A DNA stretch of 64,000 nucleotides from Podarcis erhardii. Its lineage: Eukaryota. The stretch is from assembly GCA_964252035.1 (NCBI GenBank), contig OZ176209.1. The stretch is one strand, 5' to 3'. The position numbers and the translations under genes are program-made. How positions within the stretch are numbered: the stretch's first letter is position 1; each line of letters opens with the position of its first letter. Below the pieces are notes generated by a model. The model did not search any database and had not been told where the DNA came from. It was given only the letters and a program-made list of their open reading frames with translations. Positions 12,540 to 23,891 of the stretch are shown piece by piece.

Positions 12540-13350
12540 CATGGCGAGGCCCCGAGCCCCACCCCCATTTCTTTGATAATGAAACACACAGACACCAGTA
12601 TTTTGGGTTAATGGGATAAATAAGGCCACAACTTTATTGGTTGCAGATGTGAGCAGTATTGGCTTAGGCACTGGAACTGCACCGACTATATCAGACTCCT
12701 GCCCATCATGCAGGTAGTCTCATAAAGGTCAACTACCAGTAGGGGGAGTTCCTGTTGTTGTACATTAACTGTGAGCTCCCCCAGGGTCCCCGATGGGGTC
12801 GTGGCATGGCCCTAACCCTTACCCAGGTTTCAAACAGAATCTACACACCCGGATCCCTTTAACGGAATATCCTTAAAGAGGAGGGGCAGGTGAAGGCCAC
12901 AACCTCCCCTCCCATAAACCAGGTTTACCAATGCCTAACCGCCAAACCTTACTAGGTTTTGACGATTACTACAAGGCAGGCGAAAATCACATGGCTGGTG
13001 CTATTTGCCAAGTGGGAAAATTCCTACCTGGCCCCCTCAACAGGTGACCAACCGTGGTCCATAGCAAGGCCAAGATGAGAAACGCATGAAAACAGGGCGG
13101 GAGGGCGGGAGATCCGAAGCAGGAGGAGAAGAGGAGACTGAGCCCTGGCTGCGAGGATGTTTAAATCGGGTAAACCACGCCCCCGGTCGACCAGATTGGT
13201 CGGCTGTGGGGTGTGATGCAGCTGGAACTCCCAATGACATAGGCGGCATTGCCACGCCCCCCACTGTACACGGGATGTGCTTGTGGCCAGCCTGCAACTC
13301 TGCCCCCCTGGGAATGTGAGCGGTTCTATAGGAACCTCAGGCATAAATGA
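12540..13350 (-). mobile_element. LTR-like element, antisense to PPFIA2
   Basis: on the minus strand: GC boxes, CCAAT, TTTAAA, later AATAAAGTTGTGGCC; homologous to 43879-44522; ends and TSD not resolved. Confidence 0.55.
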
Positions 13351-14703
13351 ACCTCATGACCTCATTAAGCTACAGAATTGATCTATTGTGATCCAAGTGC
13401 TGACGCTGCAAACCATTTCGATATTCTAAAGTCAGTGCTAGGAAAATCAGCCTTAACGTGTGGGGTTTGCAAACGGTCCCTCAAAAGGGTTCTGCCAATA
13501 GGCCTTAAACTGAAGCTTTTTAGCAGTAGGTCTAATACAACATCAATGTGTGAGATTTTCAGCTGTTCTTTATTCCAAACGTATTTTAGAAAAAAATAAA
13601 ATTCTTAGCAGCCAAAAGACAATTTTAACATTCCTCACAAGCAAATCTAGGGATGGAAGGTGATAGAAACAATTCTACTTGCACTTCTTATAGCGGTGAT
13701 GTAAAAAAAATAATAATCAAAGCTGTTTTGTAGCAGCTTGTCATCTTAGCAGCTTCTACTGCCTTTTGTAACTTTCTAGTTTCACTTTTGATATCCACTT
13801 CTTGTCATGTGTAGATAATTTATGATGCAAGAATGAAGCTCTTCAACCAGGCTGGAAAGCTCTTTTTCAAGTTAATCATCTGCATATTTTTATGCAAGGA
13901 AGTTACAGAGTTGTTTCCAGCATTAGTGTTTCTGTGTTAATAGCATGCAATACTTTGAAACGATGACAAACAACTGTGGAGTCTTTCTTTGAAAGACAGT
14001 GCAAGGCAGTTCAGGGAAGAGACATATAGGGAGCTATCACTGACCTTCAGAGGTTGATTATAACTTGGAGAAAATTTGCTTCAAGGAACTGATGCTATAA
14101 TTTTGTGGTTTATTAAATATAGTCATTATGCTTGATGTGTAAAACATAGGTCAAAGGCTTGATCCTTGCCCTCCGAGGATTTACATTCTCAACTAGAAAA
14201 TCAATACAATTCTAGCCCAAAATGTAGCTGTTCATAACAATATGGTTTAGTCTAAGAAGCAACGCATACACTGCCTGTGTTTTCGAATTCTTTACTTCGT
14301 TCAGTGGGTGATTATTGATAGACTTTACTGGAAAAACTATGTGTGCATGGAATTTGATCAAAACATCTGCTTGTTTGGCACATAAGATAAGCAAAAGGAC
14401 TTACAAGGAATGCAAAATGGACAAAGGAGAGGTAAGGAGTCCCAGGTGTAAGAGGCATTGGATGGGGAGAGGATGAAAGCATCTGAGAATTATTTTGTTA
14501 AGTTAAATCTGAAGCAATAATGTGAATAGTCCACAGAGAGATGTGTGTGGAATGAGATGTGTAGCTGTCTTGATATGTACGTTGTGAATTGTGGGCATGG
14601 AAAAGATACAATGTGGTCTAGTAATACATTTTTAAGCTTAGCAATTATAGTGGACTGTAGAGAAGACTGGAATGATTTATTTAGTCGCACAATCTTACCA
14701 TCT

Positions 14704-14872
14704 TGGGAAGGGCTGTGGCTCAGTGGGTAGAGCATCTGCTTTGCATGCAAAAATTTCCAGGTTCAGTCCTTAGCATATCCTGGTAGGGCTGGGAGAGAGC
14801 CCAGTCTGAAATCCTGGAGAGCTGCTGAGCTAAATAAAGTAAAGATCTGGCTCAATACAAGGCAGTTTTTCT
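14704..14872 (+). mobile_element. tRNA-derived SINE (Squam3-like), internally deleted
   Basis: gggaagggctgtggctcagtgggtagagcatctgctttgcatgca head; ggtagggctgggag...ctggagagctgctg body. Confidence 0.65.
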
Positions 14873-17354
14873 ATTTTCTATTCATGATGCTTTGTCATCT
14901 CTGCACTCTTCAGTTTGGAAGACAAGTGGTGTTGGTTTATGTGCTTTAAGACAAAAATGATAATTGTATTTCATTTTCATTTTGGTTGGCTTGCAGTGTT
15001 TCTCTTGTTAGCCTCCTAAAACTCTTAAATTCGAGAGAGAGAATAATATTTTACTTTCTAGATGACTGTTCCAGGAACAGGAGATATAGCCTCCATTTGG
15101 TTGGGTGTTTTATAATGTTCACATTTACACATGTTAAAGGTTAAATAGATTGAGATATTAACCTCAAGGCCATAATGCCAGGCTGTTGAAGGATTAAATG
15201 TTTATCCAACAAAATAAAATAAAAAGTACATGATTATAAAATAGTGGAAAGTTCATTAACACCGTGTCTCTTGATGCAGATGGTATTTGTAAGTTTTAAG
15301 GTTTGAGAATCTTAGCAGGAATATGAGAATCCAGAGATGGGAGAATAACTAAGAACCTCTGGAGAACTGAGCATATATAATGCATCCCAGTCTTATGATC
15401 AGTTAAATCTTATTTCCAGCTCAGGTAAGCATGCATAGGATTGCAGCCTTAATATTATGGCAGCTTTATTCACTTTTATTCACCCTGTAAAGCATTGCCA
15501 AGTCATAAATATGTTTAAACAAATTTAGGAAGTATAGTCATATGCAAGAAAATACAGATCAGACACTATAGACAAATAGAAATGCCAGTCTTGCAGTTCA
15601 TGAACCTGAAATATCACTGCTTTATCCTCATCTAGAATTTTTCTCCCATTACATTGCTAATATCTCCAATTCCTAGCTCTCTCTTCCCTGGCATGTTTAA
15701 TTTTAATTTCTTATTATCCAATGACATTCTTGCTCATTTTGATAGGTAATTGGGGGCTGCAAAAGAAATTTTACCTATATACCGGTAAGTCCATATATTA
15801 AGCCTCCCTCTGATTGCAGATACATTGTCTCTGCAGACACCAGTTTGCAGTTGCTGCTGTGTTTTGATCTAGGGAGAGAGGGGAGAAATAGCACATTATC
15901 GGTGTGACTTTCCTTTTCTGGCAATTTAGGAAGGGAAGACCATGATCATGCTTTCCTCTTCTTCTCTTCTCTTACAAACCAGTCTCAGTTTGATAGCGTG
16001 TGCTGGTTGTTTCCCCCCTGGACCTCTTCCACATTTAATCTCCATTGCGCTTTGTGGCACAAGTTCCCACAGGGTATTTTTGAACTTTGATTTTCTCCAT
16101 GGCCTGCCTGCTTTGTTGTAGCTAATACCATCACTGATATCAGATTTGCTTGATAACACTTTCATCTCTCTCTTTCTCCCCCGGGTGATTACTACTATAT
16201 TTGGACAGCTATTAAAGCTCTTTTCCAACAAAGAACTCGGCTGTGGTTCCACCATATATGGGTGCTGATTTCAGAGATGCACCACATTCTTGAGACTTGC
16301 TGCTGCTTTTTAGGGTGACTTAGAAAGGGGGGGGGATTGGCATGATGAAAGTGGCTCCCTTTCCCCTTTTTAAGCATTTAACCAGCAAAATTCTTGTCAG
16401 TATGATGAGTGGGAGTGTGTAGTAATATGAAGCCCACAAATCGCAGACTATTGCGCTCCCCAAAGTGGTACACATATTTATGACACACAGCTGGAATTTC
16501 TCTGTGTAGGCAGTGCCTAACTTCCTAACAATGCTACTCTTTTCATAAAACGTTTACTCTTTTTTCCTGTTTTTATCAATCATACCATTTTAAATTGTGT
16601 TATTATAAGCTGCCTTGCACATTTCCTGGAAAGGCAGTATATGAATATTAAAATAAATAAATCCATAATATGCTGATACAGCATAAATGGTGGCCTGTAA
16701 TCTTCTCAAGGTGAGGTCTTCGTATAACTCTTTGACTGGGACCACATGTGCTGTAGATTGTTACAGTAAAGTCTTGTGAGAGTAAAATTGCCTGTACCAC
16801 TTCAGATTGCAACCAGAGGAATGACTACACACATACACATAAACACACAAACACACACAGTCACATATGAGTTGTTAACATGCATAATAACCACCCATTG
16901 TGCACCAGGAGAATGTGCACATATTCCTTCCATGAAGAAAAGAATGTGCATATTAACCAGTCATTATGCATAATCTCCAACATGCCTTGGGGAATATGCA
17001 TATCTCAACACCATTTTCTATATTATCCAGGCAATATGCACATTCTTTGTTCAGTAGGCATAGAAACATGCCTCTTTTTTTATTTCTTGTTAAGGCATCT
17101 TCAATTTGTACTCCCCAGACTGCTTCTGGCCAGGGCCGGATTTAGGTATGATGAGGCCCTAAGCTACTGAAGGTAATGGGGCTCTTTATATGTTCAGCTG
17201 TCCTTTGTCAACAACTGTTTTTTGTGTTCAATATCTGCTATATGGTAATTTTGGATCTAATAGGTATCTAAAGCCATTTGCACATAACAAAATATGAATT
17301 TTATCAAAGTAATTGTTGAACTGAAATACAATTAAGAAAAAGTATATTAATAGT

Positions 17355-17498
17355 TCCAGTTACAGATAGGTAGCCGTGTTGGTCTGCCATAGTCAAAACA
17401 AAACAAATTCCTTCCAGTAGCACCTTAAAGACCAACTAAGTCAGTTCTTGGTATGAGCTTTCGTGTGCATGCAGGTGCTACTGGAAGGAATTTGTTTT
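17355..17498 (-). mobile_element. Penelope-like (PLE) terminal fragment with inversion, nested in the hAT element
   Basis: ggtagccgtgttggtctgcc...gtatgagctttcgtgtgcatgca, then a 25-nt inverted copy of its own sequence; flanked by tatattaatagt direct repeats. Confidence 0.7.
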
Positions 17499-17696
17499 AT
17501 ATTAATAGTGAAATACAATTAAGAAGTAGTATATTAATAGTGAAATAATTATTAAGCATAAATAATTATTAGTGAAGTTTAATTATTAAACTTAAAATGA
17601 TTTTTATATGATTATTGCTTTCATTTTATGGATCAGTGGTCTTATTAGATGGTAAAATTAATATTAAATTGCTGTTTTAGGGGTTGTTTTTAAAAG

Positions 17697-17818
17697 TCTG
17701 TAACGGATTAATCCATTTTGCATTACTTTCTATGGGAAAGCACGCCTTGGTTTTGGAATACTTTGGTATAGGAACAGACTTCCGAAATGGATTAAGTTTG
17801 AGAACCAAGGTACCACTG
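17697..17818. mobile_element. Tigger-like MITE, one end only
   Basis: ends in ccaaggtaccactg-TA. Confidence 0.6.
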
Positions 17819-20225
17819 TATATAGAAATGAGCAAACCAGTGATATTTTAGGGAGCAGGCTAGCAGGTGGGGCCCATTACTTACATCATAGGAGCCTACA
17901 CAACACCAAACAAAACACTGTTGCTGTATGTAGGTTTTATTTTATTTGTTATCTTATATTTTGGAAATGTACATCCAGGTTTTTTCCCTTAAAATTTTTT
18001 TGGGGGCCCCAAGAAAGTGGGGCCCTAAGCTTTAGCTTGTTTAGCTTATATGGAAATCTGGCACTGCTTCTGGCCCACTACCTAATTTTACATAGCCCAC
18101 AATATATACCACCACCCTCAATCAGTGAAACAGCAAGAAACACTTTTTGTCACTTGGTCACTCCGGTCTTCTGACATGCATACAACCCATAAAGCGGCCA
18201 GGAGAACACACCACACTGAAAACCCAGGATGCTGAAAAGATACATAGTCAGATTTGATTTTTGTATATGAAGTACTAGGGTGCTGATTTTTTTTTAAGTG
18301 GAGGTCAATGAAAAACTGTATATAAAGCATTATTAATCCACAGACAAGTACAAATAAAATGAACTGGACTCACAATCTGACACAGCCGTTCTTTTTCTTC
18401 CCTATAAGCAGTATTAAGTGGCTTTTAGCCAACATACAATCATATACAAGATCACAGGCTCTTCCAAGTGTCATAACTGAATGGGCAACACAAAAAGCAG
18501 CAAAAGTAAGCCAGACTTTCACCAGTAAGAGGAATCTACTCAGCTCACTTGGCCTATTCTGAGAGACACCCAGTCAGCTTTGAAAGACTCAGTTAACCAT
18601 CTCTTCTTCCAGCTAGGGGGTCTCATAGAGGCAAACTGTTTAACACTGTGCTATTAGGGACATTGGAAAATCAACATGGAGTGATGGAATGCATGTAAGA
18701 CATTTAAATTATAAGTTGATTAGTTAATGTGTTTTACCGTCTTTGGTAGCTTTGAAAAATAAGTGATTCACTGTGGTAGGTGTGCTTGTTTGAATGCCAA
18801 ATTATTAAAAGTGCTTGCCTAGGCTCTTAAAAAAAACCTTAATTTAACAAAGCTAGTACTACATCATCAAGTCTCCACCAAGTGTTATAGTCATTTAATT
18901 AACTGTTTGCATGGCTCAGCATATCCTTTGAAAGAAAAAAAATGTGCTTCATTTGAAGACCAAATTAGCTGGCACTGGTCTACAGCAAATCCATCCCACT
19001 GCTGCCTGTCACCCTAGTTGGCCAGCTGGGGCTATTGTAGGGCAACATGTAGACATTGGCCATGCTGATTCATAAACAGGTTCCCTTTAACAGGACAGCA
19101 GCATAGACTGTAGTCATGTGCCCATGTTGGCTGTAAAGGTTGGTATGGTACCCCCTTGTTAAAGCTCCCTCCCTTGGTCAGAAGGGGCCACTGCAGCAAG
19201 CTCATGGAAGTCATGGTGGCAGCCTTCGTGAGTGTGATATCTTTGGAATATGGAAATACTGCTCAAAGAAGCTGCAGCTATGTGTTCCTCAGTATCTTTA
19301 CCACACAAATGGATCATTCATGAAAGCAGTTATTTGTGAAAATGAGCTGATGGATATACCGTATGAACCGGCTCCAAAACTGAATGATAGAATTTTCAGC
19401 TTTAGCTATTATCATTACACAATATTCGTGTGATGGTAGGTGGGGATTTATTATATTAATTTGCAAATAGAGCTTAGTTCGGTTCTGTACTTCACATAAT
19501 ATAATTCCAGTGTTTGTGTGTTTCTAAGCTAATGAATCTCAGACTCTAGAAAAAAAAATTATCTATTACAGCTAACATGAATGTGCCTATCAGTTTTATC
19601 AGCAGCTGTAAAAAAAAAGAAAAAATATTTTAATGCATGTGCAGACATCTATATTTTTAATTGGATTAAAGCAAATAGTAAGTTGAATAGAAAAAATACT
19701 GCAAAGACAAAGCAAGACTCATACTGTTATTTCCTGCGGCATCACTCAACCGTTACAATGACTGGGAGCTGTACAGCAAATATAAGCTTTCAAATGTAGA
19801 CTTACCAGAGGTAAGAGAATAAAAGAGACTAGATCTTTCACAGGTTCTTTTCACAGTGTTCTGTCATTCTGAGGGTCATATAAATTGAGCAAGATTTATA
19901 ACACAGACAGAATGCTATGTGTGCAATTACTCGTATTTGGAGCATATAAGCAACTATGTCCTCTTGTAGTTACACACAATCCAGAACACAAGTGATGACT
20001 GCTACAGAAAGCAACATAACTCCATGCTTTTCCCCCACTAAAATGTTGGGGGAGGAATATATGAACAGCTCAGTTGCCAGGTGTGTACTTGCCCTCCCTA
20101 TTGCCTGTGATGCTTTTGTTGTTGTTGCAACAAGACACCATGAGAAAATACTATAAGGAGCTAAGTTCAGAAATGGGAAAAGTCACTGAGGATAGACATT
20201 TGAACATTGTTGTGTGAGAGTTTTC

Positions 20226-20790
20226 CTTTATTTAAATTAGGTTTGGAGTGCTGCCGTTTTAGGCACCTGGTCTCTCTTTCTGATAAAGGATTCACAGCTT
20301 TGTGTTTTCAGTGTATGCCCTCCGCCTATCTAACAGGAAGATTTAATAATACCCCTGTGTACCAAAGACTCTGCATCTGTAAGTCGGGAGACGTGGAGGA
20401 CATTCAACACTATTTGCTATGATGCCCTTTATATACATCCCCTAGACAAAAATTCATCAATTACATCCTTTGTTCTTTTTCCAGCTGACCTCCCCTTGAG
20501 CAAATCTCTATTTTGCTAGCTGGCAATAATGTATTTATTACTGCACTAGTTGCAAAATTTGCTTTGTCTGCAAGTAAGTTGAGAACTAGGTACCAAGACA
20601 AGTATCATAATGGGGAGTAAAGTTCTTAACTTATACAGGTGTGATTTTGCATTTTGGTAAGTCTGTTTTCCTGTTGCTGTTGTTCAGTTTTGATTCAATT
20701 ATTTGTATCCCATGCACTGTGACCATTTCCCAACTTGTGTCGAATTGTGATGGCTTATAGCTTTTAGCAATAAAGATTTCATTCATTCTT
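20226..20790 (+). mobile_element. Non-LTR retrotransposon 3' remnant with a C-terminal zinc-knuckle-like motif
   Basis: translation ...PSAYLTGRF...RLCICKSGDVEDIQHYLL*CPLY...; ends AATAAAG followed by (TTCA)n; clade uncertain. Confidence 0.55.
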
Positions 20791-20967
20791 TTTCTGATAA
20801 GCAGTAGCAATCTATTTTGAAGACCTGACCACTGTAGAAATCTGAATCATATGGAAAAGTGCCAACAGTATATTCCTGTTGATTTCATACACTTTGCTCC
20901 GTTTCTTCACTAAGTTGGTGAAAGTAGGCTAATGTGAGTGGTCTATGGTTTGTTTGTTTCTTAATAG

Positions 20968-21189
20968 CGTCTGTCAAATGGCTCCATAGACTCAAATGAT
21001 GAGACCAGCCAATTGGTGGAACTGCAGGAACTTCTTGAAAAGCAAAATTATGAAATGGCACAGATGAAGGACCGCTTGGCTGGATTGTCTTCCAGAGTCG
21101 GGGAGGTAGAGCAAGATGCAGAGACAGCTAGGAAAGACCTCATTAAAACTGAAGAACTGAACAGCAAATATCAGAGGGACATTAGGGAG
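20968..21189 (+). CDS. PPFIA2: PPFIA2 exon (222 nt, phase 0-0): RLSNGSIDSNDETSQLVELQELLEKQNYEMAQMKDRLAGLSSRVGEVEQDAETARKDLIKTEELNSKYQRDIRE
   Basis: ttaatag|CGT ... GAG|gtaaaa; overlaps ORF 21013..21279. Confidence 0.96.
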
Positions 21190-21372
21190 GTAAAAAAAAA
21201 TTCCACCTCCATTTGTTTTCGTTCATCTGTACATTCATTCATTCCTTTTGAAGCTGGTACATCTCAAAGTCAAGTTTAGATTATAAGCCATCTAATGACC
21301 TCCTGCTAGCTACATGAATATTGGCAGCGATTGTAAATTGTAGTCTTTTGATGTATTGTTTGTTCTTTTAAG

Positions 21373-21519
21373 GCAATGGCTCAGAAGGAAGACATGGAAG
21401 AAAGGATCACTACCCTTGAAAAGCGTTACCTAAGTGCTCAGAGGGAATCCACCTCCATACATGACATGAATGATAAGCTGGAAAATGAGCTGGCAAACAA
21501 GGAAGCTCTCCTGCGTCAG
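21373..21519 (+). CDS. PPFIA2: PPFIA2 exon (147 nt, phase 0-0): [49 protein letters not shown]
   Basis: ttttaag|GCA ... CAG|gttcag; overlaps ORF 21376..21558. Confidence 0.96.
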
Positions 21520-22062
21520 GTTCAGTATCTGGGATCACTGCTAAGAGACTCTTCATAAGTGTCCTCTCATCATTTAGCTGAAAAGAAAGGCAAATGTGTG
21601 TTCTTGCTATGATCTTACTCTGCCATCCAAATACTGCTAGATTTGGATCAAAAGGGAATGAGGACTTTTCTTTCCAGCAAGAGAAGTCAAAGATAGATCA
21701 GATTTGGGCCCAGATCTAATTTTTCCAGAGCTAAGATGTTCAAGACAAGGCTAGAACATATCTGATTGTCAAACCTGGCTCTTATCAAGTCAGGGTGGCA
21801 AGATTCTGGGAGTGAATCCAGATTGGGTGAGATGAAGGAAAATCAAGGTAAGCTAGAAAGGGAAAGTATGACAGGTTTATAGCAGCAAGCTGAGCTACAC
21901 ATGAACTATACAGACTGGATCATAAACTTTAACCATCAGTAGATTTTGGGAGAGGGTGAATGATGTGCAGTGCCAGCCAGGAAAGTATCTATGACTGCAG
22001 CATGCAAGCTATGTTTGCTAATATAAAACAGCCTAAAATAGTGGGAAACTAAGAGCGTGCTA

Positions 22063-22082
22063 AAAAAAAAAAAAAAAAAAAA
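22063..22082. repeat. Poly(A) run, about 20 nt
   Basis: read directly. Confidence 0.9.
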
Positions 22083-22458
22083 GGTTTGAACTTGCCATAG
22101 GAAGTTTCTTACTCATAAAAGTAAGAAACCACTTGAAGGTGATATGTCTTGGTTCATGAGAGCATGGGACAAGTTACTGATTGCTCCTATTTATATGTTT
22201 TATTAACTTTCCAGTTTGTTGTAGCGTTCATTCATATTAATGCCTTTTCAGTACATCTCTCTATATTAACACTTCTTCAGTGCATCTCTATATGAATCAT
22301 TACATGCTTCATCGGTTGGGTTTGAGAAAGTGAGGAAGATTTGCTCTTTGAGAGCCAACCAGGATGAACCATTGGAAGTCCAATCCCCTGAGAACGGCAG
22401 CAATTTCCTGATCCGGCCTTTTATTTATTTATTTAACCATCTCATTTCTGGGTTTCAG

Positions 22459-22593
22459 ATGGAAGACAAAAATAGACAGCTGCAGGAACGGCTTGAACTA
22501 GCTGAGCAAAAGCTGCAACAAACAATGCGGAAAGCTGAAACGTTGCCTGAAGTGGAAGCTGAACTGGCTCAGAGAATCGCAGCCCTGACTAAG
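22459..22593 (+). CDS. PPFIA2: PPFIA2 exon (135 nt, phase 0-0): [45 protein letters not shown]
   Basis: gtttcag|ATG ... AAG|gtattg; inside ORF 22330..22608. Confidence 0.96.
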
Positions 22594-23560
22594 GTATTGT
22601 ACACTTGAAAGCAGGTGAATTTCAGAAACACGTTTTCCTTTAACATTGATTTTCATCCCTTTTCCCTTCCTTCAGCACCATCAGCAGCAATAAAACCCTG
22701 TTTTGGAGTGGACAAGATGATTCTACTTATTGGCACCGTAAATAAATACTAATTACACATACGACGTTATTTGCTTTAGCTTAATTTAATGGCAGAGGTA
22801 TTGCTTCGTATTTCTTGTATGGCTTGAGTCCATTTCTCCCAAAATCCCAAAGGAGTTTATTTTATAATACTTCGTATTATAAAAGAGTTATGATTAATCC
22901 AATTCAGCTAAAAATCATGAACTTTATTTGCCATCGAATTTTTTCCATGATTTCCCACATCACATTAATTCAAAGAAACACGGTGATCACTTTCATTAAA
23001 ACAGACCAAAAGAAAATAGACACTTTATTTTCCAGGCTCAAATGAATCAGGGTTGCATGAGAGCATAAGATGGATAGGAGAAATACCCAGTGGATTGTTC
23101 CTATAGGAAGTAGTATCACACAAGTTTCATGCAGATATACAAGTTGCCAGTTTCGATGATACACAAGTTCAAAAAGAAAAGGCACATGTCAATCACATAT
23201 ATTCTGCTGGCTCTTCTTTATAATGCCTAAAACCACTCTTGTCTTGCCTCCCTGCCCCCCACCCCTGTGGACTTAGGCTCCATTTCTATGCACACTTTGT
23301 TGGAAGTCCATTCCTCACTGAACTGATTGGCACTCAATATCTGAATAGGGTGCAAATGCATTTACAGAAGTATTCTGGAACACAGTAATAAAATCTTTGA
23401 TGGAATGTTAAGAGAGAGAGAGATTTTTCATCAGTAACTCAGAAAAGTCACCAAAAATTGGAGGGTTTCTTTTAATGCTTCTCGGGTTTCTTTTAAAAAA
23501 CAAACCAAAAGACAATGGCTCATTCCTGTGGGTATCTGTTGTAATGCTTTTTGGATGTGC

Positions 23561-23891
23561 ACAGAGCCTAGGGCTTGCCGATCGGAAGGTTGGCGGTTTG
23601 AATCCCTGCGACGGGGTGAGCTCCCATTGTTCAGTCCCAGCTCCTGCCCACCTAGCAGTTCGAAAGCGCGTCAAGTGCAAGTAGATAAATTGGTACTGCT
23701 CCGGCGGGAAGGTAAATGGCGATGCCGTGCACTGCTCTGGTTCGCCAGAAGTGGCTTAGTCATGCTGGCCACATGACCCGGAAGCTGTCTGCAGACAAAC
23801 GCCGGCTCCCTCGGCCTATAGAGTGAGGTGAGCACTGCAACCCAAGAGTCGTCCGCGACTGGACCTAACGGTCAGGGTTACTTTTACCTTT
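23561..23891 (+). mobile_element. Sauria SINE, 5'-truncated
   Basis: gagcctagggcttgccgatcggaagg...ggtcagggttacttttacctt. Confidence 0.85.

Larger units (their letters stand above)
17131..18066. mobile_element. hAT-superfamily non-autonomous element with nested insertions
   Basis: TIRs cagggccggattt / aaatctggcactg; perfect 8-bp TSD cttctggc (17123-30, 18067-74). Confidence 0.85.

Noticed and set aside
14704-14780. tRNA-like sequence (also 1180-1240 and the SINE heads)
   Set aside because: A/B boxes continue into SINE bodies and no complete cloverleaf can be formed; these are SINE heads, not tRNA genes.
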